A stretch of 64,000 nt of DNA, from NCBI RefSeq assembly GCF_032444005.1, contig NC_091284.1, positions 91,884,001 through 91,948,000 of the forward strand, written 5' to 3'. Of this stretch, positions 25,738 through 37,071 are shown one piece after another. Under the pieces are notes generated by a model. It saw only the letters and a list, made by a program, of their open reading frames with translations. It ran no database searches and was not told where the DNA came from. The stretch is from Ranitomeya imitator. Lineage: Eukaryota. The translations under genes and the position numbers were made by a program. How positions within the stretch are numbered: position 1 is the stretch's first letter; each line of letters begins with the position of its first letter.

Positions 25738-26515
25738 TTACCCTCTCCAATCAACTTTTTAATCATAGTACGCTGTTCTTCTGAACAATGTCTTGAACGA
25801 CCTATATTTCTCAGGCTTTCCAGAAGAAATTTATGTAAAACATGTCCTGGCTTCACCCTTTAATAATGGTCACCTGATTGACACGTGTTTCTTCACAGAA
25901 TGATTGACCTCACTAATTGATCTCCACACTGCGATTATCATGACCACACCACTTTTCAATTAATTATTCTAATACACAGACTCAAAAACCTGCATGAATG
26001 CAGAGCCTGATGGTTTTCTTAGAATCTATGACACCAACTGGTAAATTGTCTGACATGTGGAAATTTAATTTATACCAAAGACACTGATTAATCTGGTTAG
26101 TCATATTGGACTGCTATTATTTTGAGCACTAGTGTATAGGCCTACGGTAGGATACATTAGACTTCGACTTCCACAGTGGAAATGGGACTGCAGTTTTTAG
26201 TGTATGGAAGACTCTATATTGCCCCTCTGTACAAGAAGGTTTAGCAGATTGTGCTCCGCTACATGCGGTAGTAAGAATTGTACCGCCAGCCCCAGCATAT
26301 TTCAGATATCCGATCGCGGCCTGCGTTCAGTGCATGGTGGACTAGGTGCAGGCGTATGGAGCTTCCCTGCAAAACGCAGAGTAAAAATAAAATATTAACA
26401 GAATATAACCATTATTGAGTCTTTAGAAAAACATTAAAGTCTGACATGATGAGGCCACAAAAAAAATTCACATCAACTGACGCGTTTTAAGCATGTAAAA
26501 AAAAAAATTCTTTAC

Positions 26516-26552
26516 CTTGAAAGACGATATAGACCATCCTGAAAAACACCAT
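26516..26552 (-). CDS. Weak candidate alternative ABR first exon (MVFFRMVYIVFQ-D)
   Basis: ATG plus 12 codons and a phase-1 donor CAAG|GTAAAG in frame with exon 2, but upstream ATGs occur in the other frames. Confidence 0.2.
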
Positions 26553-28694
26553 AGAGACCCATGTGTCCCAGTCCTCACGCCCAGCCAACACACAAGGATT
26601 TCCATGGTATTGCACAGGTGATGGAGTTATGATCACGGCATCAGAAATTGCCAGTGTTTCTCTCACCTGCGGAATACTAAGGAGTCCGGAAAACATGATC
26701 TGTTGGGAGGACCGCAATTTCGGAAATCTGTGATATATAGACTGTCTTGCAAATTAACTACATCAGTTGGTTTATTTAAAAATTATATATTTTGAAGACA
26801 AAGGTAATATCGTTTCAAAAGGATAGTCTTAAAGGGGTTGTTAATTCCTTAAAAGTCCACCAATAAATCTAAAATGCCAAAACAAATCCCGATCTCTCAG
26901 TGCTCATGTTGCATATAGTGCACCAGGCTCCATACGTCCATCTGGACAAACAAGGAAGTAGAGCCCGAATCTGGATTTCCTGCTAGGTCAAGACATACAC
27001 ATGACCACTGCAGCCAATCACAGGCTGCAGCAGTGGCATGTAGATCATGAGTGCGGCCAGGGCTTATATATACAGTATGTAAGCAAAGAGGTTAATGAAG
27101 AAGCAAAGGAAAGATGAGCAGAATGAGATCTTGTGTTTGTGTGATAAGCCGTGGGAGGACTATAATTATTTTCAAAGAACTCCTGCGGGCGAGATACTGA
27201 GTTAACTGTTTAGAGAAAGAGCAATGAAATATGGAATGGTAGAAAGAATGACAGTACTTCTACATAATGCCCAGCATGTGTGAGCACGACGAGCGCCCCC
27301 ATGCTGCGCAGTCAGCAGTCTGCCATACAACAGACGTCTGATCCTTCTACATATAAAACAGGTAAAGCAGGGAGTCCGATCGGGCAATTTAGTCCCAGAT
27401 TACGGGAATTTCTTTAAAAGCAAAAAGATTGAGTCCCCTAACTCCAAGATCACATGTAGCTTATGGCTTGTGATGGAAATAATGCGCCATCACAGGCCTT
27501 CTGCTGACATTACATGGGATTCCACGGCTATTTATAGGAGCGGCTTTTCTTTGAATAGGGGGGAACCTGACAGCACATTTTTTTACATATGGAAATAGTA
27601 GGCTGTATATAAGTATGGCAGTATAGGTATTTGTTTCAAAATAAAACAAATACACTTTTTTTTTGCAGAGAACCAATGTGGCAGCCATGGGAGATCTAGT
27701 GCCAAATCAGGCTGGAAGTGCACTGGGGTGAGTCAATGCACTTAATGCAGTACATGTACACTGACACCGCCCCTTCTCACAATAGCACTTGCAGTCTGAT
27801 TCACATATGGCTTCTACACTAGATTTCCTATGACTGGCACATTGGATCCATATAAAAAATGTATTTTTATTTTGAGACAACAAGTGCCCATATAGCCATA
27901 CTACTACATCCATATGTAAAAGTGTGCTGATAGGTTGCTCCTGTACAATAGTTCCCCTCAGGCTAAGGCTGCATTCACAGATCTGTGCTATTCACAGGAC
28001 GTCCGCGGGGCTCCTGAACCAAATTCAACAGCCTCACTGGCTGGCATATATGAGGCAAGTTCAGGTCAGGAGACCTACGGCCAAGCCGTCCATCCAAGTC
28101 CATACTCGATCCAATCCATCCCATCTGTCCATCACCATGGCACACAGATGCATGAGGCCGGCCTAAGTGAATCAGATCAAACACCTGTATCTTCTTCTCT
28201 GTGATGAGATCTCCCTCCCATCAGCTGCTCTCACCGGTGACTAAGAGCCTCCATGTATCTGCATGTACAGATGGCAGCAGTCATTAATGAGGGGTGTGAG
28301 AGGCGGAGAAAACCCCACGATCATATGTATAGCGAACTCTATAAGTCCTTTTAATTCCGTCTATGCCACAATATATTTTTTTGCATTTGGTCTCGTACTG
28401 CAACAGTACCTGGGTATTTCAGCACTGGCAATACCGGGATACATAGTTAGTAAGGTCGGAAAGGAAAGAAAAAAAAATCTAATCTAAGAATCATACCATA
28501 CCGCTAAAGAGAAAGACAAAAACTACCCAAGTAATATATGTTTGGCCATACGAGTCCTTTCTGAAATTAGAGAAAGCAGAGTGACACATTTCAAACTTTC
28601 AAGGATTTATCACCAGACTGCATTAAAGCATAATAAAATACATAAAGCCCAACAACATAGCTGAAATAATGTAAAGGTTTAAAAGGATTGTTTC

Positions 28695-31402
28695 TGGATC
28701 CTATCTGCTGGAGCACACAGTTCCTCCTGCCTCCCTCAGGATCCTATCTGCAGGAGCACACAGCTCCCCCTGCCTCCTTCCAGATCCTATCTGAAGGAGC
28801 ACACAGCTCCCCTGACTCCCTCAGGATACTATCTGCAGGAGCACACAGCTCCCCCTGCCTCCTTCCGGATCCTATCTGCAGGAGCACACAGCTCCCCCTG
28901 CCTCCTTCCGGATCCTATCTGAAGGAGCACACAGCTCCTCCTTCAGGATCCTATCTGAAGGAGCACACAGCTCCTCCTTCAGGATCCTATCTGCAAGAGC
29001 ACACAGCTCCTCCTTCAGAATCCTATCTGCAGGAGCACACAGCTCCTCCTTCAGGATCCTATCTGCAGGAGCACACAGCTCCCCCTGCCTCCTTCCGGAT
29101 CCTATCTGAAGGAGCACACAGCTCCTCCTTCAGGATCCTATCTGAAGGAGCACACAGCTCCTCCTTCCAGATCCTATCTGCAGGAGCACACAGCTCCTCC
29201 TTCAGGATCCTATCTGCAGGAGCACACAGCTCCTCCTTCAGGATCCTATCTGCAGGAGCACACAGCTCCTTCTTCAGGATCCTATCTGCAGGAGCACACA
29301 GCTCCTCCTTCAGGATCCTATCTGCAGGAGCACACAGCTCCTCCTTCAGGATCCTATCTGCAGGAGCCCACAGCTCCTCCTTCAGGATCCTATCTGCAGG
29401 AGCACACAGCTCCTCCTTCAGGATCCTATCTGCAGGAGCACACAGCTCCTCCTTCAGGATCCTATCTGCAGGAGCACACAGCTCCTCCTTCAGGATCCTA
29501 TCTGCAGGAGCACACAGCTCCTCCTTCAGGATCCTATCTGCAGGAGCACACAGCTCCTCCTTCAGGATCCTATCTGCAGGAGCACACAGCTCCTCCTTCA
29601 GGATCCTATCTGCAGGAGCACACAGCTCCTCCTTCAGGATCCTATCTGCAGGAGCACACAGCTCCCCCTTCTCCTTCAGGATCCTATCTGCAGGAGCACA
29701 CAGCTCCCCCTCCTCCTTCAGGATCCTATCTGCATGAGCACACAGCTCCCCCTCCTCCTTCAGGATCCTATCTGCAGGAGCACACAGCTCCTCCTTCAGG
29801 ATCCTATCTGCAGGAGCACACAGCTCCTCCTTCAGGATCCTATCTGCAGGAGCACACAGCTCCTCCTTCAGGATCCTATCTGCAGGAGCACACAGCTCCT
29901 CCTTCAGGATCCTATCTGCAGGAGCACACAGCTCCTCCTTCAGGATCCTATCTGCAGGAGCCCACAGCTCCTCCTTCAGGATCCTATCTGCAGGAGCACA
30001 CAGCTCCTCCTTCAGGATCCTATCTGCAGGAGCACACAGCTCCTCCTTCAGGATCCTATCTGCAGGAGCACACAGCTCCTCCTTCAGGATCCTATCTGCA
30101 GGAGCACACAGCTCCTCCTTCAGGATCCTATCTGCAGGAGCACACAGCTCCTCCTTCAGGATCCTATCTGCAGGAGCACACAGCTCCCCCTTCTCCTTCA
30201 GGATCCTATCTGCAGGAGCACACAGCTCCCCCTCCTCCTTCAGGATCCTATCTGCATGAGCACACAGCTCCCCCTCCTCCTTCAGGATCCTATCTGAAGG
30301 AGCACACAGCTCCCCTTCCTCCTTCAGGATCCTATCTGCAGGAGCACACAGCTCCCCCTCCTCCTTCAGGATCCTATCTGCAGGAGCACACAGCTCCCCC
30401 TCCTCCTTCAGGATCCTATCTGCAGGAGCACACAGCTCCCCCTGCCTCCTTCCAGATCATATCTGCAGGAGCACACAGCTCCTCCTTCAGGATCCTATCT
30501 GCAGGAGCACACAGCTCCTCCTTCAGGATCCTATCTGCAGGAGCACACAGCTCCTTCTTCAGGATCCTATCTGCAGGAGCACACAGCTCCTCATTCAGGA
30601 TCCTATCTGCAGGAGCACACAGCTCCTCCTTCCGGATCCTATCTGCAGGAGCACACAGCTCCCCCTGCCTCCTTCCGGATCCTATCTGAAGGAGCACACA
30701 GTTCCTCCTGCCTCCCTTAGGATCCTATCTGCAGGAGCACACAGCTCCCCCTGCCTCCTTCAGGATCCTATCTGCAGGAGCACACAGCTCCCCCTCCTCC
30801 TTCAGGATCCTATCTGCAGGAGCACACAGCTCCTCCTTCAGGATCCTATCTGCAGGAGCACACAGCTCCTCCTTCAGGATCCTATCTGCAGGAGCACACA
30901 GCTCCTCCTTCAGGATCCTATCTGCAGGAGCACACAGCTCCTCCTTCAGGATCCTATCTGCAGGAGCACACAGCTCCTCCTTCAGGATCCTATCTGCAGG
31001 AGCACACAGCTCCTTCTTCAGGATCCTATCTGCAGGAGCACACAGCTCCCCCTCCTCCTTCAGGATCCTATCTGCCGGAGCACACAGCTCCCCCTCCTCC
31101 TTCAGGATCCTATCTGCAGGAGCACACAGCTCCCCCTCCTCCTTCAGGATCCTATCTGCAGGAGCACACAGCTCCACCTTCCTCCTTAAGGATCCTATCT
31201 GCAGGAGCACACAGCTCCCCAGCCTCCTTCAGGATCCTATCTGCAGAAACACACAGCTCCTCCTTCAGGATCCTATCTGCAGGAGCACAAAGCTCCTCCT
31301 TCAGGATCCTATCTGCAGGAGCACACAGCTCCTCCTTCCGGATCCTATCTGCAGGAGCACACAGCTCCCTTCCTCCTTCAGGATCCTGTCTGCAGGAGCA
31401 CA
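28695..31402. repeat. 36-bp minisatellite array (~2.7 kb, roughly 70 units)
   Basis: Unit GGATCCTATCTGCAGGAGCACACAGCTCCTCCTTCA with 39-43-bp variants and no spacers. Confidence 0.97.
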
Positions 31403-32065
31403 CAACAATCAACAACTATGCTTTACTTACCCTGCCCGGCTCAAACAGCGCCGATTCTCCACCGCTGCTCCCAGTGTTTATTGTCTGCAGCGCTGATGTC
31501 ACGTCAACAGTGCTGCAGCCAGTCAGTGATCTAAGCAGCTGTGAGCGGCACGTGACAACTCCAACGGTAGAGCCGCTGAGCTCATTTATTGTCTAAGGCA
31601 GTGTCAACGTGATATCAGTGCTGCAGACGATAGCAGACCCTGGGAGCAGCGGTGGAAACTAGTGCTGTACCAGGGGAGGGTGAGGAAAGTAATTTTTTAA
31701 TGATTTTACTACTAAAAGCTTATAGGAAAAAGGGGAAAATCTCTTAAAGACTAACCCTACAACACTAATGTATCTACAACAAGGTACTGCTTTACAGAAG
31801 ATGACCAGTGAGGGGCGCCCAACTCAACTGCGTATAGCCTCTAAGGAGATGTACAGAAATCTAACCCTTTCTCTGCAGTCATACACCCACCTGAAATGTT
31901 ACCGCCAGAAGGCAAAGATAAGTGTGATCTCCAGAGCAACATCCGCTATCATTACATAAAGCATGCGTTACATTGCAGCTATCTCTCTGGGGATTGGGGC
32001 TTTACTAAATCAAAACTCATGATGGAAACATTCACAAATCAGATCACGGTGAGAGTTTGTATACA

Positions 32066-32663
32066 NNNNNNNNNNNNNNNNNNNNNNNNNNNNNNNNNNN
32101 NNNNNNNNNNNNNNNNNNNNNNNNNNNNNNNNNNNNNNNNNNNNNNNNNNNNNNNNNNNNNNNNNNNNNNNNNNNNNNNNNNNNNNNNNNNNNNNNNNNN
32201 NNNNNNNNNNNNNNNNNNNNNNNNNNNNNNNNNNNNNNNNNNNNNNNNNNNNNNNNNNNNNNNNNNNNNNNNNNNNNNNNNNNNNNNNNNNNNNNNNNNN
32301 NNNNNNNNNNNNNNNNNNNNNNNNNNNNNNNNNNNNNNNNNNNNNNNNNNNNNNNNNNNNNNNNNNNNNNNNNNNNNNNNNNNNNNNNNNNNNNNNNNNN
32401 NNNNNNNNNNNNNNNNNNNNNNNNNNNNNNNNNNNNNNNNNNNNNNNNNNNNNNNNNNNNNNNNNNNNNNNNNNNNNNNNNNNNNNNNNNNNNNNNNNNN
32501 NNNNNNNNNNNNNNNNNNNNNNNNNNNNNNNNNNNNNNNNNNNNNNNNNNNNNNNNNNNNNNNNNNNNNNNNNNNNNNNNNNNNNNNNNNNNNNNNNNNN
32601 NNNNNNNNNNNNNNNNNNNNNNNNNNNNNNNNNNNNNNNNNNNNNNNNNNNNNNNNNNNNNNN
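32066..32663. other. Assembly gap (N run)
   Basis: Continuous Ns. Confidence 0.99.
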
Positions 32664-32729
32664 ATTACAGTTATTCACACATGCATACGTAATAACACAT
32701 ACATAGACATACGCACATTAAATGTTCAT

Positions 32730-32765
32730 AAATATATATATATATACACACACACATATATACAC

Positions 32766-32816
<51 letters not shown>

Positions 32817-33190
32817 AAATCACACAGTAATTCACACTTTATACAGTAAAAGATCAGCAGTTTGACAATAAATGGCTTCACCCAACCACTAACCGTGAGT
32901 GGAGTAATGGTTTTGGTGTTATCATTCATATTCTCTGAAAGAAGGCCAAGAAATAAAAATTTCTGCCGGGATATGTAAACTTTTGAGCACAACTGTACAT
33001 ATATTCTATACACACACGTGTGCACACACACACACACATTACACAAACATGCACGCGCACACACACATTACCCATACATGTGCACACACACACTACATAT
33101 ACATGCGAACGTGCACACATGCACGCAGACACATTACACACACATTCCACATACATGCGCGCACACATTACACATATATACCTGTACACA
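32730..33190. repeat. (TA)n and degenerate (CA)n microsatellites
   Basis: TA run at ~32770-32815 and CA-rich tract at ~33000-33190. Confidence 0.9.
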
Positions 33191-33356
33191 GACAGCTAAA
33201 TATACTTTATTTGTGAGTGTTTATTTGCCCTCATTTTCTTGTATCTATATGGATCCACACATGAAACTATATTACACATCGATAGATCTATATAAAAGCC
33301 TACAATGCTGTGTACAGGCAATCTCTTGCAGGACCTCCCTCTATGATATATAGATA

Positions 33357-34916
33357 CAGTACAGACCAAACGTTTGGACACCTTCTCATTCAAAGATTTT
33401 TCTGTATTTTCATGATTATGAAAATTGTACATTCACACTGAAGTCATCAAAACTATGAATTAAGTATATAATTTCACATGTGTTAACAAAAAAGTGTGAA
33501 ACAATTGAAATTATGTCTTATATTCTAGGTTCTTCAAAGTAGCCACCTTTTGCTTTGATGACTGCCTTGCACACTCTTGGCATTCTCTTGATGAGCTTCA
33601 AGAGGTAGTCACCGGGAATGGTTTTCACTTCACAGGTGTGCCCTGTCAGGTTTAATAAGTGGGATTTCTTGCCTTATAAATGGGGTTGGGACCATCAGTT
33701 GTGTTGTGCAGAAGTCTGGTGGATACACAGCTGATAGTGCTACTGAACAGACTGTTAGAATTTGTATTATGGCAAGAAAAAAGCAGCTAAGTAGAGAAAA
33801 ACGAGTGGCCATCATTACTTTAAGAAATGAAGGTCAGTCAGTCCGAAAAATTGGGAAAACTTTGAAAGTGTCCCCACGTGCAGTGGCAAAAACCATCAAG
33901 CGCTACAAAGAAACTGGCTCACATGAGGACCGCCCCAGGAAAGGAAGACCAAGAGTCACCTCTGCTTCTGAGGATAAGTTTATCCGAGTCACCAGCCTCA
34001 GAAATCGCAGGTTAACAGCAGCTCAGATTAGAGACCAGGTCAATGCCACACACAGTTCTAGCAGCAGACACATCTCTACAACAACTGTTAAGAGGAGACT
34101 TTGTGCAGCAGGCGTTCATGGTAAAATAGGTGCTAGGAAACCCCTGTTAAGGACAGGCAACAAGCAGAAGACACTTGTTTGGGCTAAAGAACACAAGGAA
34201 TGGACTTTAGACCAGTGGAAATCTGTGCTTTGGTCTGATGAGTCCAAATTTCAGATCTTTGGTTCCAACCACCGTGTCTTTGTGCGACACAGAAAAGGCG
34301 AACGGATTGACTCTACATGCCTGGTTCCCACCGTGAAGCATGGAGGAGGTGTGATGGTGTGTGGGTGCTTTGCTGGTGACACTGTTGGGGATTTATTCAA
34401 AATTGAAGGCATACTGAACCAGCATGGCTACCACAGCATCTTGCAGCGGCATGCTATTCCATCCGGTTTGTGTTTAATTGAACCATCATTTATTTTTCAA
34501 CAGGACAATGACCCCAAACACACCTCCAGGCTGTGTAAGAGCTATTTGACCAAGAAGGAGAGTGATGGGGTGCTACACCAGATGACCTGGCCTCCACAGT
34601 CACCAGACCTGAACCCAATGAAGATGGTTTGAGGTGAGCTGGACCGCAGAGTGAAGGCAAAAGGGCCAACAAGTGCTAAGCATCTCTGGGAACTCCTTCA
34701 AGATTGTTGGAAAACCATTCCCGGGGACTACCTCTTGAAGCTCATCAAGAGAATGCCAAGACTGTCCAAAGCAGTCATCAAAGCAAAAGGTGGCTACTTT
34801 GAAGAACCTAGAATATAAGACATATTTTCAGTTTCACACTTTTTTGTTTAGTATATAATTCCACATGTGTTAATTCATAGCTTTGATGCCTTCAGTGTGA
34901 ATGTACAATTTTCATA
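33357..34916 (+). mobile_element. Tc1-like DD38E (Intruder/IT-type) element
   Basis: TA|CAGTACAGACCAAA left end; ~200-bp TIRs with the right TIR overlapping the ORF end and clipped at ~34916. Confidence 0.9.
33769..34818 (+). pseudogene. DD38E transposase, nearly intact
   Basis: [42 protein letters not shown](K)MV*GELDRR..KGGYFEEPRI*. 38 residues lie between D and the E position, which is mutated to K; TGA at 34630. Confidence 0.9.
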
Positions 34917-35046
34917 CGGTGAACAAAAACATGAGCACTGCTATAGTGGTGCAGAGGTAGGATCCCACACCTTAATACCATAAATCTAAAAGAACCTGGC
35001 ACTCAACTTCAATGCGTGTAGCTTGAAAATGTATTGCGTAGTACCA

Positions 35047-35090
35047 ACAAAAAAACGTTTCGGTCTTTTCGACCTTCTTCAGTTATGTAC
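35047..35090 (-). ncRNA. Minimal hammerhead ribozyme core (Penelope-like retroelement type)
   Basis: The minus strand reads CTGAAGA-A-GGTC-GAAAA-GACC-GAAA-CGTT: complete core boxes, a 4-bp stem II and a palindromic ACGT stem III. Stem I is weak. Confidence 0.55.
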
Positions 35091-35993
35091 TTAAAGGAAA
35101 ATTGCGTGTCACTTCGTGCAAATTTCCAGTGGGTATGGTTAGAGTCACTGGGGTACCAGTGCCCTGCTCATGGGATGGGCGGAGAGCTGTATCCGTCCGG
35201 AGCTTGACACGGTGTCCATCGCTGGTCAGTGAATGTGATGGAGTGTTCTGTCAATTAGGACAATGTTATCTGTGTGTGTCAGATGGAAGTAGTATGGGAA
35301 AACAAAGATTGTCGTCACTCTGAGGAATAGCTGGTCAGAACCCCACACTGGAGGACGATAGCGGCAGGTCCTGTATGTGCTCGTCAGTTGTCAGACTAAC
35401 CATGCTGCAGACACATGGAGATCTCCTCCTTCATACACGTCAATCAATACAAGTTGTCCAGAAGCACAAGACCCCTAGATTGGAGGGCATTGCGGACAGA
35501 GGCAAACACACAACTTTCCATGCAATGGGCATCAATAACAATGTAACGGACACAAAAAGACAAACATGCTAATCAGGGGACTGTGCCGCTAGTAAGCGTG
35601 GCCCTGTAGTGATACAATCACCATACATAGAGTGCTGCAAAACCTAAATAAAGTCACTGTTTATCATCCATGGGGAGGAGGGCACTGAGCGAGACGTCGC
35701 TCTCCACCAGGAATCAACCTGGAGAGACATAACTAGAGCACACTGACATGTATCATTAGCCAAGACAAGGAATGCTTCAGTCCCATCAACTCCAATTGAT
35801 GCCATTGACTGAACAAAGATAAAGGGGACGGAGGAGAGGTCATCTCGGTATACCCGAAAAGAGCCTCCTAAATTGCAGGAGCGCAGATTTAGGAAAGGAC
35901 CAGACAAGGTAAACAAATATCCCAAAGACTTCTCGGCATAGGGTTTTTCCAGGGCCAAGAAGAATCAGCAGCACATGCGGGGACCCCACTCAC

Positions 35994-36015
35994 CCTGCTC
36001 CTGCAGCCACTCCAT
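35994..36015 (-). CDS. Candidate alternative ABR first coding exon (MEWLQEQ-D)
   Basis: ATG plus 7 codons plus G, consensus donor CAGG|GTGAGT, phase 1 in frame with exon 2, GC-rich upstream sequence. Confidence 0.4.
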
Positions 36016-36788
36016 TAATTGTGCAGTGTGCGGCAGCTGCAAACTCCCCCAGTGCAATCCATCCAACCTCGTCACTGCAGCTCCCGCTGAGCCGTCACTT
36101 CATCTCCACTGCCACAACAGATCTGCGGGTAACAGAAGAGCTGGAGAGCAGTCCCCATCAGTGAGCGATAGGAGGGGAGGGGTGCTTGGGCCAGGAGCCG
36201 GTCAATTACCGGCACAGGGGGCTCTCTTGGGGATGCCTGTTAGTGTGCAGGGGCGGGGACCTCAGGGAGGAACGAAAAGGCTAGTGGAACTGTACATGAT
36301 GGATATGGGAGCAGCACTATCTGATTCCACTTAACCATAGGGCAGAGACTGATTGTACTGCCTGGTTTACTCTCTCCAACAAAGCAACACAGATTCTCTG
36401 TCTAGTCAGCTGGCAGCATCCCAAAGATCTGCTATCATCAGACTACAGGGCAACATGCACCAGCGCTCGGAGCTCTCCATGGTCCTGACAGGACTGGGAT
36501 GATGGTCAGCTCCTGAGATTACAGGGAAACCAGCCCCCAGCTAACTACCAGGGGAAGAAAGATCAAGTCTGACTGGCTGGAGACACCTGTCAAGAAACAT
36601 CCAAAATCAGGACACACAAACCACAGGGTAAACTGTAGTGGCGACATCTCAAACCACGGCTACTTCTACGGGGCCATCAATAATGTACGCCAGACAAAAT
36701 GCGGTTACAAGAGAATCTATCAGCAGATTTGTGCTATGTAATCTGAGGGCAGCATGAGATATGGGCTGAGACAGATTTCAGGGATGTG

Positions 36789-36924
36789 TAATAATATAAT
36801 AATAATCTTTATTTTTATATAGCGCTAACATATTTCGCAGCGCTTTACAGTTTGCACACATTATCATCGCTGTCCCAGATGGGGCTCACAATCTAAATTC
36901 CCTATCAGTATGTCTTTGGAATGT

Positions 36925-36955
<31 letters not shown>

Positions 36956-37071
36956 ACGCAAACACGGAGAGAACATAGAAACTCTTTGCAGATGTTGTCC
37001 AAGGTGGGATTAGAACCCAGGACTCCAGCGCTGCAAGGCTGCTGTGCTAACCACTGCGCCACCGTGCTGCC
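36789..37071 (-). mobile_element. tRNA-derived V-SINE
   Basis: Head GGCAGCACGGTGGCGCAGTGG (A box)..GGTTCTAATCC (B box), a V-domain-like GTTCTCTCCGTGTTTGCGTGGGTTTCCTCCGGGCACTCCGGTTTCCTCCCAC, and an L2-like tail ending in (ATT)n. Confidence 0.88.

Larger units (their letters stand above)
21410..26134 (-). mobile_element. Old Tc1-like element split by nested insertions
   Basis: Related termini ..TAGTGTTCAAAATAA at 21410 and TTATTTTGAGCACTAGTG|TA at 26134. N-terminus GRSRHCSEEQRTMIKKLIGEG|KTYKEVLTMIGC (25805-25335) and C-terminal remnant VSEAKPTIAKELWDV.. near 23155-22995. Confidence 0.75.

Noticed and set aside
28695-31402. CRISPR array (36-bp repeats) or repetitive protein gene
   Set aside because: Units are head-to-tail with no unique spacers and no cas genes, in a vertebrate intron. 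The long ORFs simply reflect a stop-free unit whose length is a multiple of 3.
31896-32849. ORFs spanning N gaps (also 41-390)
   Set aside because: Artefacts of undefined bases.
37021-37071. tRNA gene
   Set aside because: The A/B-box head continues into a V domain and an L2-like tail, so it is a SINE.
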